Assembly (NCBI GenBank): GCA_905236165.1
Contig: CAJOOC010000111.1
Span: forward strand, 2,924-66,923
Length of the DNA: 64,000 bases
Reading direction: 5' to 3'
From: an uncultured Prevotella sp.
GTDB taxonomy: Bacteria > Bacteroidota > Bacteroidia > Bacteroidales > Bacteroidaceae
The translations under genes and the position numbers were made by a program. How positions within the stretch are numbered: the stretch's first letter is position 1; each line of letters opens with the position of its first letter. Of this stretch, positions 10,177 to 19,346 are shown piece by piece. The notes beneath the pieces are model-generated. The model made no database searches. It was not told the DNA's origin and saw only the letters and a program-made list of their open reading frames with translations.

Positions 10177-11139
10177 ATGAATTTAAAGCAACAGTACATA
10201 GCAAGCCCTGCCCGGTATAGTGGCGGGGCTGCATTCTATAACAGGTGTGGCCGGTCGGGGGTGCTGCTGCCCAAGATCAGTCTGGGCTTCTGGCATAACT
10301 TCGGCTATGACACACCGTATGATCGGCAGCGCGAGTTGGCACAATATGCCTTCGACAACGGCATAACGCATTTCGACCTGGCCAATAACTATGGTCCTCC
10401 CTACGGGACTGCAGAGGAGAATTTCGGTAAGATGATGAGGGAGGATTTCCTTCCTTATCGCGACGAGCTCTTCATTGCCACGAAGGCTGGCTACGACATG
10501 TGGGAAGGCCCTTACGGCAACTGGGGCTCGAGGAAGTATCTCATGGCCAGCATCGACCAGAGTCTGCGCAGGATGAGCCTTGACTATGTGGACCTCTTCT
10601 ACAGTCATCGCTACGACCCTGAGACACCTTTGGAGGAGACATTGCAGGCCCTTGTTGATATCGTGAGGCAGGGCAAGGCGCTCTATGTGGGCATCTCCCG
10701 CTGGCCCCTCGAGGCGCTGAAGGCGGCAAGGGAATATCTCGCTTCTCACGATGTGCCGCTGCTCATCTATCAGGGCCGTCTGAACCTCATTGACCGCCAG
10801 CCACAGAAGGAGGGCATACTGGACTATTGTGCTGACAACGGCATAGGCTTCATATCCTTCTCGCCATTGGCACAGGGTCTGTTGACCGACAAATACCTTG
10901 ACGGCATCCCCGCAGATTCACGCATGACGCACAGCGCATACCTCAAGCCCGATGCTCTGACACCAGAGTTGCTGGAGCAGCTCAGAAAGATGTCGGAGGA
11001 GGCCAAGAATGAAGGCACTACGCTGGCTGACAAGGCCCTCAGATGGGTTCTCGAACAACGCGGCATTACCTCCGTCCTCGTGGGAGTAAGTAAAACGGAG
11101 CAGATGGAACGTAACATCAAGGCAGTCTCAACTTTGTGA
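10177..11139 (+). CDS. Aldo/keto reductase (L-glyceraldehyde-3-phosphate reductase, YghZ-like)
   Basis: SLGFWHNFG, HFDLANNYGPP, TKAGY, DLFYSHR, FSPLAQGLLT. Confidence 0.9.
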   Translation: MNLKQQYIASPARYSGGAAFYNRCGRSGVLLPKISLGFWHNFGYDTPYDRQRELAQYAFDNGITHFDLANNYGPPYGTAEENFGKMMREDFLPYRDELFIATKAGYDMWEGPYGNWGSRKYLMASIDQSLRRMSLDYVDLFYSHRYDPETPLEETLQALVDIVRQGKALYVGISRWPLEALKAAREYLASHDVPLLIYQGRLNLIDRQPQKEGILDYCADNGIGFISFSPLAQGLLTDKYLDGIPADSRMTHSAYLKPDALTPELLEQLRKMSEEAKNEGTTLADKALRWVLEQRGITSVLVGVSKTEQMERNIKAVSTL

Positions 11140-11152
11140 AACAGCCTTAAGT

Positions 11153-11192
11153 TAATTAGTAACTGATAACTGGTAACTAGTAACTGTAAACT
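11153..11192 (-). repeat. 7-bp micro-array (plus strand TAACTRN) containing the stop of the HsdR_N gene
   Basis: taattag taactga taactgg taactag taactgt. Confidence 0.9.
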
Positions 11193-11632
11193 TGCTCATA
11201 GTCAGGAATGGTGCTGACTGGGTGCCAGGTGCCCTCTTCCTTATCGAAGAACAGACACAGGTGGTGCAGTCCGTTGCTGATAATGATGTAACGAACGTGC
11301 AGGAGCATATTATAGGTGGTGACTTGTCTCACCACCTTTTCTGTTATAGGCACGTTCTCTGCCTTATACTCCATCACCATGAGCGGCTTCCTATCCGAGC
11401 CATATAGCACGGAGTCGCAGCGCAGGCGTTTGTTGCCTACTACCAACTCCACCTCGTTGGCCAGCAGGGCTGCGGGATAGCCCTTGTCGGTAATGAGGAA
11501 ATTGATGAAATGCTGCCTCACCCATTCCTCTGGGGTGAGGGCCACAAAACGATGACGCAGAATGTCAAGCACTTCTAACTTGCCATCCTGCATCGTACGT
11601 GTCTTTATGTCTTTATACTCGGGTAAGTTCAC
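11177..11632 (-). CDS. Stand-alone type I restriction enzyme HsdR N-terminal-like domain protein
   Basis: LTPEEWVRQ, RCD, MEYKA, QVTTYN, SNG; conserved small Bacteroidota protein; GTG start. Confidence 0.85.
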   Translation of the reverse strand: MNLPEYKDIKTRTMQDGKLEVLDILRHRFVALTPEEWVRQHFINFLITDKGYPAALLANEVELVVGNKRLRCDSVLYGSDRKPLMVMEYKAENVPITEKVVRQVTTYNMLLHVRYIIISNGLHHLCLFFDKEEGTWHPVSTIPDYEQVYSY

Positions 11633-11640
11633 TTTGTTTT

Positions 11641-11741
11641 ATTGACCGTTGACCATTGACCGTTGACCATTGACCATTCTTTGGTCATAGGCGCAACACT
11701 TCATTGCGCCAGCCTAATGTTCAATCTTCAATGTTCAATGA
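11641..11741. repeat. Inverted pair of 7-bp arrays (RTTGACC x5 / TCAATNT x4) flanking a small hairpin
   Basis: 11641-11675 and 11715-11741; GGCGCAA...TTGCGCC at 11690-11710. Confidence 0.9.
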
Positions 11742-12507
11742 CTTTCGGATACTTCCTCGTCAATCCGTCGAGTCTCAGCCTCATTACTCCGAAGAAGGCC
11801 TCGCCGAAGATGCCGCCATTCATCTTGCTGACACCCTCTACTCTGTTGATGAAGATTACGGGCACCTCCTTAATCTTAAATCCAATCTTGAAGGCTGTAT
11901 ACTTCATCTCTATCTGGAAGGCGTAGCCCTTGAAGCGTATCTTATCGAGCTCAATGGTCTCCAGCACCCTTCGGCGATAGCATTTGAAGCCCGCTGTGGT
12001 GTCGTGAACCTTGAAGCCTGTCACTATCCTCACATATTTCGATGCGAAATACGACATGAGGACACGTCCTATGGGCCAGTTGACCACGTTGACTCCCGTC
12101 ACATAGCGTGAGCCGATGGCCAGGTCATAGCCTCCCTCGGGGTTCTCCTCGGTCTTCGGGGCACAGGCGGCATAGAGTCGCGGCAGGTCCTTGGGATCGT
12201 GGCTGAAGTCGGCATCCATCTCGAAGATGTACTGATAGTTGTTGGGATGCGCCAGCGCCCACTTGAAGCCCTTGATGTAAGCGGTGCCAAGCCCCAGCTT
12301 GCCCGAACGCTCTTCGATGAACAACTGTCCTTCGAACTCCTCGCTGATGAGACGCTTCACAATGGCTGCGGTGCCATCGGGACTGCCATCGTCGATGACG
12401 AGGATATGGAACGCTTTCTCCAAAGAGAATATGGCACGGATGATTTTCTCGATATTCTCCTTCTCGTTGTAGGTGGGGATGATGATGATGCTATCGCTGG
12501 TCTTCAT
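11728..12507 (-). CDS. Polyprenol monophosphomannose synthase (GT2, DPM1-like)
   Basis: IPTYNE, DDGSPDGT, GLGTAY, MDADFSH, GSRY, GYAFQIEM. Confidence 0.92.
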   Translation of the reverse strand: MKTSDSIIIIPTYNEKENIEKIIRAIFSLEKAFHILVIDDGSPDGTAAIVKRLISEEFEGQLFIEERSGKLGLGTAYIKGFKWALAHPNNYQYIFEMDADFSHDPKDLPRLYAACAPKTEENPEGGYDLAIGSRYVTGVNVVNWPIGRVLMSYFASKYVRIVTGFKVHDTTAGFKCYRRRVLETIELDKIRFKGYAFQIEMKYTAFKIGFKIKEVPVIFINRVEGVSKMNGGIFGEAFFGVMRLRLDGLTRKYPKVIEH

Positions 12508-12541
12508 TATTACAGAAGTGTTGATGATTGGTTATCGACTG

Positions 12542-12549
12542 CAAAAGTA
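12542..12549 (-). promoter_or_regulatory. -7 box for the GT2 gene
   Basis: TACTTTTG on the minus strand. Confidence 0.65.
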
Positions 12550-12623
12550 CAAAATATTATTAAAATATCAAAGGCTTTTTGTTTTTTTTGATATTCGAAC
12601 CTCTCTAATTGAAAACTTTTAGT

Positions 12624-12631
12624 TAAATTTG
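12624..12631 (+). promoter_or_regulatory. -7 box for mfd
   Basis: TAAATTTG; implies ATG 12653 is the start. Confidence 0.65.
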
Positions 12632-12652
12632 CACTCTGATAAACATTCTTTC

Positions 12653-15600
12653 ATGCAGATAGGAGAACTACTGTCGCTTTACGGCAAGTCCGGGTCGGTG
12701 AAGGCTCTTGCTTCGCTGTTATCAAAGAAGAGGATACGCAAGGCTGCCCTGAGTGGTCTTACGCAGAGTTCTCTTGCCGTAAACTTCGCTTCCGTGCTGC
12801 GTGGCAAGGTGCCTCCCGTGCTGTTCATCATGCGCGATGCCGACGAGGCTGGCTATCTCTATCAGGACATGAGCCGCATGCTTGGCGAAGAGCGGGTGAG
12901 CCTCTTCCCTTCGTCCTACAAGCGTGCCGTGAAGTTCGGACAGCGCGATGCGTCGCTTGAAATAATCCGCACAGAGACGCTCACTCGCATCACATCCCAG
13001 GCGGAGCAGAGTGGAGAAGAACCGCAGCATGGATATGCCATTGTCACGTATCCTGCTGCGCTGGCCGAGATGGTGATATCACGCCATGACCTCGACGACC
13101 GCCATCTCTCCCTGAAGAAAGCCCAGACGATACCTCTTACTATGGTGGAGCGCCAGCTGCGCGAGCTGGGGTTCTCCGAGCGCGACTACGTCTATGAGCC
13201 CGGACAGTTTGCCATTCGCGGCTCCATCCTCGATGTATTCTCCTTCAGCAGCGAAGACCCTTACCGCATAGACTTCTTCGACGACGACATCGACAGCATG
13301 CGCACCTTCGATGTGGAGACGCAGCTCTCGAAGGAGATGCTCGATGCGGTCAATATCGTGCCGCAGATATCCTCCACGGAAACGGAGAAGCAGCCCTTCC
13401 TCGACTTCCTTTCCTGTGAGACGGTCATAGTGTCGCAAGACATCAGATACGTCACCGATGCCATAGACTATATATATAAGGAGGGTTTCTCGAAGCAGGC
13501 TCTGACAGACCGCCTTGCTTCAGCCACGGAGATGGACAAGGCCGCGATAACTCGCGAACTGACGGCCTCGCTCAACCTCTGTCCCGCCTCGCGCTTCTCG
13601 CAGGCTGTGGCAGCGATGAGACAGATAGAATACTCCTCCGGCATGAAGGATGCGTCTGACTATCAGGCTTCTGTGACATTCCAGAGCACGCCCCAGCCGC
13701 TTTTTCACAAGAATTTCGAGCTGCTGGCCGAGACGATGCACGACTACTACTCCCGTGGCTACAAGATATACATTCTCTCCGACAGCGACAAGCAGCACGA
13801 ACGCCTTGCCGAAATCTTCGCCAGCCTGAAGAGCGGCGACGGTTACGTCAGCGACATCCTGGACAAATGGCAGGTGAAAGGCACCCTTCACGAAGGCTAC
13901 ATCGACGATGAGCTGAAGCTGCTACTCTTCACCGACCATCAGATTTTTGAGCGTTTCCATAAATACCAGCTCAAGGGCCAGTCGGCCAAGCGCGGCAAGA
14001 TGGCTCTCACCATGAAGGAGCTGCAGGAGATGGAGCCCGGCGACTTCATCGTTCACGTGGACTTCGGCATAGGCAAGTTCGGCGGTCTGGTGCGTGTTCC
14101 CGTCACGAGCCCCGCTGGTAAGGGCGCGGTAGAGTATCAGGAGGTGATACGCATCATCTATGCCAAGGGCGACAAGGTGGATGTGAGCATTCATTCGCTA
14201 TACAAGATAAGCAAATACCGCCGTTCCGACGTTGGTGAGCCGCCTCGCCTGAGCACCCTCGGTACTGGCGCATGGGACCGCATCAAGGAACGTGCTAAGA
14301 AGCGCATCAAGGATATTGCGCGCGACCTCATCAAGCTCTATGCCAAACGTCGCCACGAAAAGGGCTTTGCCTTCTCTGCCGATACCTACCTGCAGCATGA
14401 GCTGGAGGCCTCGTTCCTCTATGAGGATACACCTGACCAGATGAAGGCCACGCAGGACGTGAAGCACGATATGGAGCAGGCCCGCCCTATGGACCGCCTG
14501 GTGTGCGGCGATGTGGGATTCGGCAAGACCGAGGTGGCCATGCGTGCTGCCTTCAAGGCCGCCTGTGACGGTAAGCAGGTGGCAGTCCTGGTGCCCACCA
14601 CCGTCCTTGCCTTCCAGCACTACAAGACCTTCTCGAAACGCCTGCAGGGTCTGCCCGTCACCGTCGACTACCTCACCCGTGCCCGCACGCCGAAGCAGGT
14701 GAAGGAGCTGCAGGCCAACCTGGAGTGCGGCAAGGTTGACATACTGGTGGGAACGCACCGCATGCTCACCAAGACGGTGAAATGGAAGGACCTGGGGCTG
14801 CTCATCATCGACGAGGAACAGAAATTCGGCGTCTCTACTAAGGAGAAGCTTCGCCAGCTGAAGACCAATGTCGACACGCTCGCGATGTCGGCCACACCCA
14901 TTCCGCGCACCCTGCAGTTCTCGCTGATGGGAGCCCGCGACATGAGCATCATGCGCACCCCGCCACCTAACCGTCAGCCCATTGACACGCAGGTGGCCAC
15001 GTTCTCGCCGGAGCTCGTCAGCGATGCCATAAACTTCGAGATGAGCCGCGACGGACAGGTGTACTTCGTGTGTCACAGGATTGCCACACTCACCAAGATG
15101 AAGGAAATCATAGAGCGCCACGTGCCTGACTGCCGCATCGCTGTCGGTCACGGACAGATGAAGCCCGAGGAGCTGGAGAAGATTATCATGGGCTTCATAA
15201 ACCACGACTACGACGTGCTGCTCTCCACCACCATCGTGGAGAACGGCATCGACATCCCCAATGCCAACACCATCATCATCAACGATGCCAACCACTTCGG
15301 CCTGAGCGACCTGCACCAGATGCGAGGCAGGGTAGGGCGCAGCAACCGTAAGGCCTTCTGCTACCTGCTTGCGCCGCCGCTGGCCTATCTGCCTACGGAG
15401 AGCCGCCGACGACTGGAGGCCCTCGAGACCTTCGCCGACCTTGGTTCGGGCTTCAACCTCGCCATGCAAGACCTCGACATCCGCGGTGCGGGCAACCTGC
15501 TGGGAGCGGAGCAGTCAGGATTCATGGAAGACCTGGGCTATGAGACCTACCAGAAGATACTCTCGCAGGCCGTCAACGAGCTGAAGAACGATGAGTTCCA

Positions 15601-16120
15601 GGACCTTTACAAGGAGCAGCTGGAGGAGGGCGAGAAACTCACCGGTGAGGACTTTGTGGACGACTGCAACATTGAGAGCGACCTGCAGATGTACTTCCCC
15701 GACTACTACGTGCCCGGCAGCAGCGAGAGGATGATACTCTATCGCGAACTGGACAACATACAGACCGATGCCGACCTTGAGGCCTACCGCAAGAGGATGG
15801 AAGACCGCTTCGGCCCCGTGCCGCCAGAGGGACAGGAGCTGATGATGGTAGTGCTGCTCCGGCGTCTCGGCAGGAAGCTGGGCTGCGAGAGGCTCATCCT
15901 CAAGCAGCACCAGATGCAGATGCAGTTTGTGGGCAACGAAGGGAGTGTCTTCTACAGAAGCAAGTTCTTCGAGGCCGTGCTCTCGTATGTGCAGACACAT
16001 CCGCGCCTCTGCGACTTCAAGGTTGCAGGCGGCCATAACAGGCTCATAATAAAGAATGTACCAAGCGTAAGCGAAGCAACTAACATACTAAAGAATATAC
16101 TAAAAACGACAGAGCAATGA
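12653..16120 (+). CDS. mfd: Transcription-repair coupling factor
   Basis: RGSILDVF, CarD-like VHVDFGIG, CGDVGFGKTE, DEEQKFG, SATPIPRT, QMRGRVGR, TRCF C-terminus. Confidence 0.97.
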   Translation: MQIGELLSLYGKSGSVKALASLLSKKRIRKAALSGLTQSSLAVNFASVLRGKVPPVLFIMRDADEAGYLYQDMSRMLGEERVSLFPSSYKRAVKFGQRDASLEIIRTETLTRITSQAEQSGEEPQHGYAIVTYPAALAEMVISRHDLDDRHLSLKKAQTIPLTMVERQLRELGFSERDYVYEPGQFAIRGSILDVFSFSSEDPYRIDFFDDDIDSMRTFDVETQLSKEMLDAVNIVPQISSTETEKQPFLDFLSCETVIVSQDIRYVTDAIDYIYKEGFSKQALTDRLASATEMDKAAITRELTASLNLCPASRFSQAVAAMRQIEYSSGMKDASDYQASVTFQSTPQPLFHKNFELLAETMHDYYSRGYKIYILSDSDKQHERLAEIFASLKSGDGYVSDILDKWQVKGTLHEGYIDDELKLLLFTDHQIFERFHKYQLKGQSAKRGKMALTMKELQEMEPGDFIVHVDFGIGKFGGLVRVPVTSPAGKGAVEYQEVIRIIYAKGDKVDVSIHSLYKISKYRRSDVGEPPRLSTLGTGAWDRIKERAKKRIKDIARDLIKLYAKRRHEKGFAFSADTYLQHELEASFLYEDTPDQMKATQDVKHDMEQARPMDRLVCGDVGFGKTEVAMRAAFKAACDGKQVAVLVPTTVLAFQHYKTFSKRLQGLPVTVDYLTRARTPKQVKELQANLECGKVDILVGTHRMLTKTVKWKDLGLLIIDEEQKFGVSTKEKLRQLKTNVDTLAMSATPIPRTLQFSLMGARDMSIMRTPPPNRQPIDTQVATFSPELVSDAINFEMSRDGQVYFVCHRIATLTKMKEIIERHVPDCRIAVGHGQMKPEELEKIIMGFINHDYDVLLSTTIVENGIDIPNANTIIINDANHFGLSDLHQMRGRVGRSNRKAFCYLLAPPLAYLPTESRRRLEALETFADLGSGFNLAMQDLDIRGAGNLLGAEQSGFMEDLGYETYQKILSQAVNELKNDEFQDLYKEQLEEGEKLTGEDFVDDCNIESDLQMYFPDYYVPGSSERMILYRELDNIQTDADLEAYRKRMEDRFGPVPPEGQELMMVVLLRRLGRKLGCERLILKQHQMQMQFVGNEGSVFYRSKFFEAVLSYVQTHPRLCDFKVAGGHNRLIIKNVPSVSEATNILKNILKTTEQ

Positions 16121-17262
16121 GACGAATTACACCTCTCCCCAGCCCTCTCCAAAGGAGAGGGAGTAGCGGCATAAGCCGATTCTTCACTCTTCACTTTGCA
16201 CTTCTCACTTTTATTCTTCAATGGTCAATGGTCAATAGTCAATGGTCAACGGTCCGTGCCCAGAATCCCCAGAAGGGTGACTACTTCCTCTATTGCCACA
16301 TGAGCGACAAGGGACAGTGGACAGCCTTTGCCGTCAGCAAGGATGCGGAGCAATGGGAGGACATCCTTGGCGGCGATTCTATCTTCTCCAGCCATAAGCT
16401 GGCAGGCATAGAGGGTGGCACGCGCGATGCCTACATCTGCCGCAGCCACGACATGAAGCGCTATCTCATGGTGGCCACCGATATGAACAACTCCAAGACC
16501 AAGGCGCTGGGAAAGAAAGAGGCCTGGGACAACTACGGCATCAACCTCCTCACCTCCGACGACCTCATACACTGGAAGTCCACCACCTTCGACTATCGCA
16601 AGGGACTCTCCATCTTCATCGACCAGGACCCCGCGAAGTCCGTCTATAAAGACTGGTCGACGGTGAACCGCGTGTGGGCTCCGCAGACCTTCTGGGACCC
16701 CGACTATGTGTGGGAAGACGGTACGAAGGGCGGCTACTTCATCTACTACTCCATGTGGAACCGCGCCGAGGAGAAGTATGACCGCATGTACTATTCCTAT
16801 GCCGACCAGTCGTTCACGCGCCTCACACAGCCGCAGCCGCTCTTCGACTGGGGCTATGCCACCATTGATGCCGACATCAACTACGTGCCTGCCGACGGCC
16901 TCTACCACATGATGATAAAGAAAGAAGGCGGCAAGCCCGGACTCTTCACCGCTACGTCGAAGAAACTCACAGGCCCCTGGAGCGAACCCGTGGAGGATGA
17001 CTATGTCAACTTCGAGGGCAAGAAGAAATGCGAGGGCGTCAGCGCCTTCCAGGTACCAGGCGAGGAAGGCTGGCGAATAGCCTACATCGAATACTCCTCA
17101 CGTCCCCGCAACTACCGCATCTGCAAGGCCGACAAATTCATGCGCAACTTCCGCAACCCCGAGAACATCAAAGGGGTCACAGCACCACAGCACGGCTCCT
17201 TCATGCGCATCACAAAGAAAGAATACAAACGCCTGAAGAAACTCAAGAAGGCTGCATATTGA
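16117..17262 (+). CDS. Secreted glycoside hydrolase, GH43-like beta-propeller
   Basis: GTRDAYI, MVATD, SDDLIHW, WAPQ, IDAD, EG, QHGS motifs. Confidence 0.8.
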   Translation: MRRITPLPSPLQRRGSSGISRFFTLHFALLTFILQWSMVNSQWSTVRAQNPQKGDYFLYCHMSDKGQWTAFAVSKDAEQWEDILGGDSIFSSHKLAGIEGGTRDAYICRSHDMKRYLMVATDMNNSKTKALGKKEAWDNYGINLLTSDDLIHWKSTTFDYRKGLSIFIDQDPAKSVYKDWSTVNRVWAPQTFWDPDYVWEDGTKGGYFIYYSMWNRAEEKYDRMYYSYADQSFTRLTQPQPLFDWGYATIDADINYVPADGLYHMMIKKEGGKPGLFTATSKKLTGPWSEPVEDDYVNFEGKKKCEGVSAFQVPGEEGWRIAYIEYSSRPRNYRICKADKFMRNFRNPENIKGVTAPQHGSFMRITKKEYKRLKKLKKAAY

Positions 17263-17415
17263 TTCGGCATGGTCACTTCGAATGATATGAAATAAGATAA
17301 TGTAGGGAAAACCATATTACACTCATGCATGCCATCCTTCGTGAAAAATCCTGCCTACGTCTTCGTAGCACCAACAGTGCGCTTCGTAGGTGCGGAGCAC
17401 CGTTTCGTACGAAGT

Positions 17416-17889
17416 TGGCCGTTATTACAAAATGTCGGTTTTAGGTCTGGAAACCTTACAAAGTGATTTTCGATTCGTGCTCTACGGCGCGGAATTTGCC
17501 AGCGAGAGTGAAGTTGATCGCAAATATTGCGTTGTAGAGGACGAATACGTAAGTGCTTGTTATTTTGAGAGTTGCATTGAAAGGCGCTTCTTTGGTGCTC
17601 CGAAAGTGTTGTTTTTGCACCCGAAAAGTCCAGAAACGGCTAAAAAAATTGCAAAAACGGACACTCCGGAACGCTCTAACGGAGTCTCCGTTAGGCCCTA
17701 ATGGAGTGCCAATGACCTCCTAATAGAGCCTCCGTGTCGCCTCAAACATATATGTACGTGCTCTGAATGACCAAAATCGGCGATTTTGTCGGTTTTTTGC
17801 GCTCTATTTTTAGGGTAAAGGCAGAAAAACCCGAAGTGACACTTTGTAAGGTTTTTGATACGAAAACCGACAGTTTTTAATAAATGCCA
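17416..17889. mobile_element. Non-coding element with 50-bp imperfect terminal inverted repeats (MITE-like)
   Basis: 17416-17465 vs reverse complement of 17840-17889: 39/50 identical by manual alignment; internal 22-bp periodic repeats; no transposase. Confidence 0.5.
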
Positions 17890-18050
17890 GGTGCCGCACT
17901 AAGCGCACGAGTTGCATTAGCCCTGCTGTGTTGTTATGATGCGGCAGGGGATTGTTGTGCCTGTCGCCGTAAAGGCTGGTGGGATGGGCGCTCACGCAGT
18001 CAGTTTACACTTTTTCACTCTATATATTTGTGTGAACGAAAAAAAATTAG

Positions 18051-18058
18051 TAACTTTG
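18051..18058 (+). promoter_or_regulatory. -7 box for the aminotransferase-lolE-ileS run
   Basis: TAACTTTG with TTTG at 18027-18030 (20 nt spacing). Confidence 0.75.
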
Positions 18059-18103
18059 TGCCCAATTTATATATAAGTTATAACAAGCTATCAAGTAACG
18101 ACA

Positions 18104-19309
18104 ATGCCAATAATATCTACCCGCGGCGTGGAGATGCCCGAGTCTCCTATCCGTAAGTTAGCACCTCTGGCCGCTGCTGCGAAGAAACGCGGCATCAGGG
18201 TGTATCACCTGAATATCGGTCAGCCCGACCTGCCCACGCCGCAGGTGGCGCTGGACGCTCTGAAGAATGTGAACCGCTCCATCCTGGAGTATTCACCCTC
18301 GCAGGGTTACCTCTCCTACAGGGAGAAGCTGGTGGGTTACTACGCCAAGTATGACATCAAGGTGTCGCCCGAGGATATCATCATCACCAGCGGCGGCTCT
18401 GAGGCCATACTCTTTGCCTTCATGGCCTGCCTGAACCCTGGCGACGAGATTATAGTGCCCGAACCCGCCTACGCCAACTATATGGCCTTTGCCATCAGCG
18501 CCGGAGCGAAGATCCGCACTATCGCCACCACCATCGACGAGGGCTTCTCCCTGCCGAAGGTGGAGAAGTTCGAGGAGCTTATCAACAGCCGCACCCGAGC
18601 CATCATGATATGCAACCCCAATAACCCTACGGGATATCTCTATACACGCCGCGAGATGAACCAGATAAGGGATCTGGTGAAGAAATATGACCTGTACCTC
18701 TTCTCTGACGAGGTGTACCGTGAGTATATCTACACGGGTTCGCCATATATCAGCGTATGCCATCTTGAGGGCATTGAGGATAACGTGGTGCTTATCGACT
18801 CTGTGTCAAAGCGTTACAGCGAGTGCGGCATCAGAATTGGAGCCCTCATCACGAAGAATGCCGAGATACGCCAGGCCGTGATGAAGTTCTGCCAGGCACG
18901 TCTGTCACCACCGCTCATAGGTCAGATAGTGGCTGAGGCATCGCTCGATACCCCCGAGGAATATATGAGGGAGGTGTATGACGAGTACGTGGAGCGCAGG
19001 AAGGTGCTCATCGACGGTCTGAACCGCATACCAGGTGTCTATTCGCCCATCCCCATGGGAGCCTTCTACACTATGGCGCAGCTGCCCGTGGACGATGCCG
19101 AGAAGTTCTGCCGATGGTGTCTGGAGAAGTTCAATTATGAGGGCGAGACGGTGATGATGGCTCCCGGAGCAGGTTTCTACACCACTCCCGGTGCCGGCAT
19201 CAACGAGGTGCGTATAGCCTACGTGCTGAAGAAACCCGACCTGGAGCGCGCCCTCGTGGTGCTGAGAAAAGCCCTGGAGGAGTATCCGGGAAGGACGGTG
19301 ACGAATTGA
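18104..19309 (+). CDS. Class I/II PLP-dependent aminotransferase (aspartate aminotransferase-like)
   Basis: LNIGQPD, CNPNNPTG, SDEVY, SVSKRYS..GIRIG. Confidence 0.93.
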   Translation: MPIISTRGVEMPESPIRKLAPLAAAAKKRGIRVYHLNIGQPDLPTPQVALDALKNVNRSILEYSPSQGYLSYREKLVGYYAKYDIKVSPEDIIITSGGSEAILFAFMACLNPGDEIIVPEPAYANYMAFAISAGAKIRTIATTIDEGFSLPKVEKFEELINSRTRAIMICNPNNPTGYLYTRREMNQIRDLVKKYDLYLFSDEVYREYIYTGSPYISVCHLEGIEDNVVLIDSVSKRYSECGIRIGALITKNAEIRQAVMKFCQARLSPPLIGQIVAEASLDTPEEYMREVYDEYVERRKVLIDGLNRIPGVYSPIPMGAFYTMAQLPVDDAEKFCRWCLEKFNYEGETVMMAPGAGFYTTPGAGINEVRIAYVLKKPDLERALVVLRKALEEYPGRTVTN

Positions 19310-19346
19310 ACATTGAACATTGACCATTGATTATTGAAGATTGAAC
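19305..19346 (+). repeat. 7-bp micro-array ATTGANN x6 filling the whole spacer
   Basis: attgaac attgaac attgacc attgatt attgaag attgaac. Confidence 0.92.

Noticed and set aside
11177-11632. HsdR_N gene as a restriction-modification system
   Set aside because: No hsdM, hsdS or helicase domain; it is a stand-alone conserved small protein
14198-15469. 423-aa minus-strand ORF
   Set aside because: Antisense shadow of mfd caused by codon bias; no recognisable motifs
17390-17701. 103-aa ORF inside the inverted-repeat element
   Set aside because: GTG start within a repeat, atypical codon usage, no transposase or recombinase motifs
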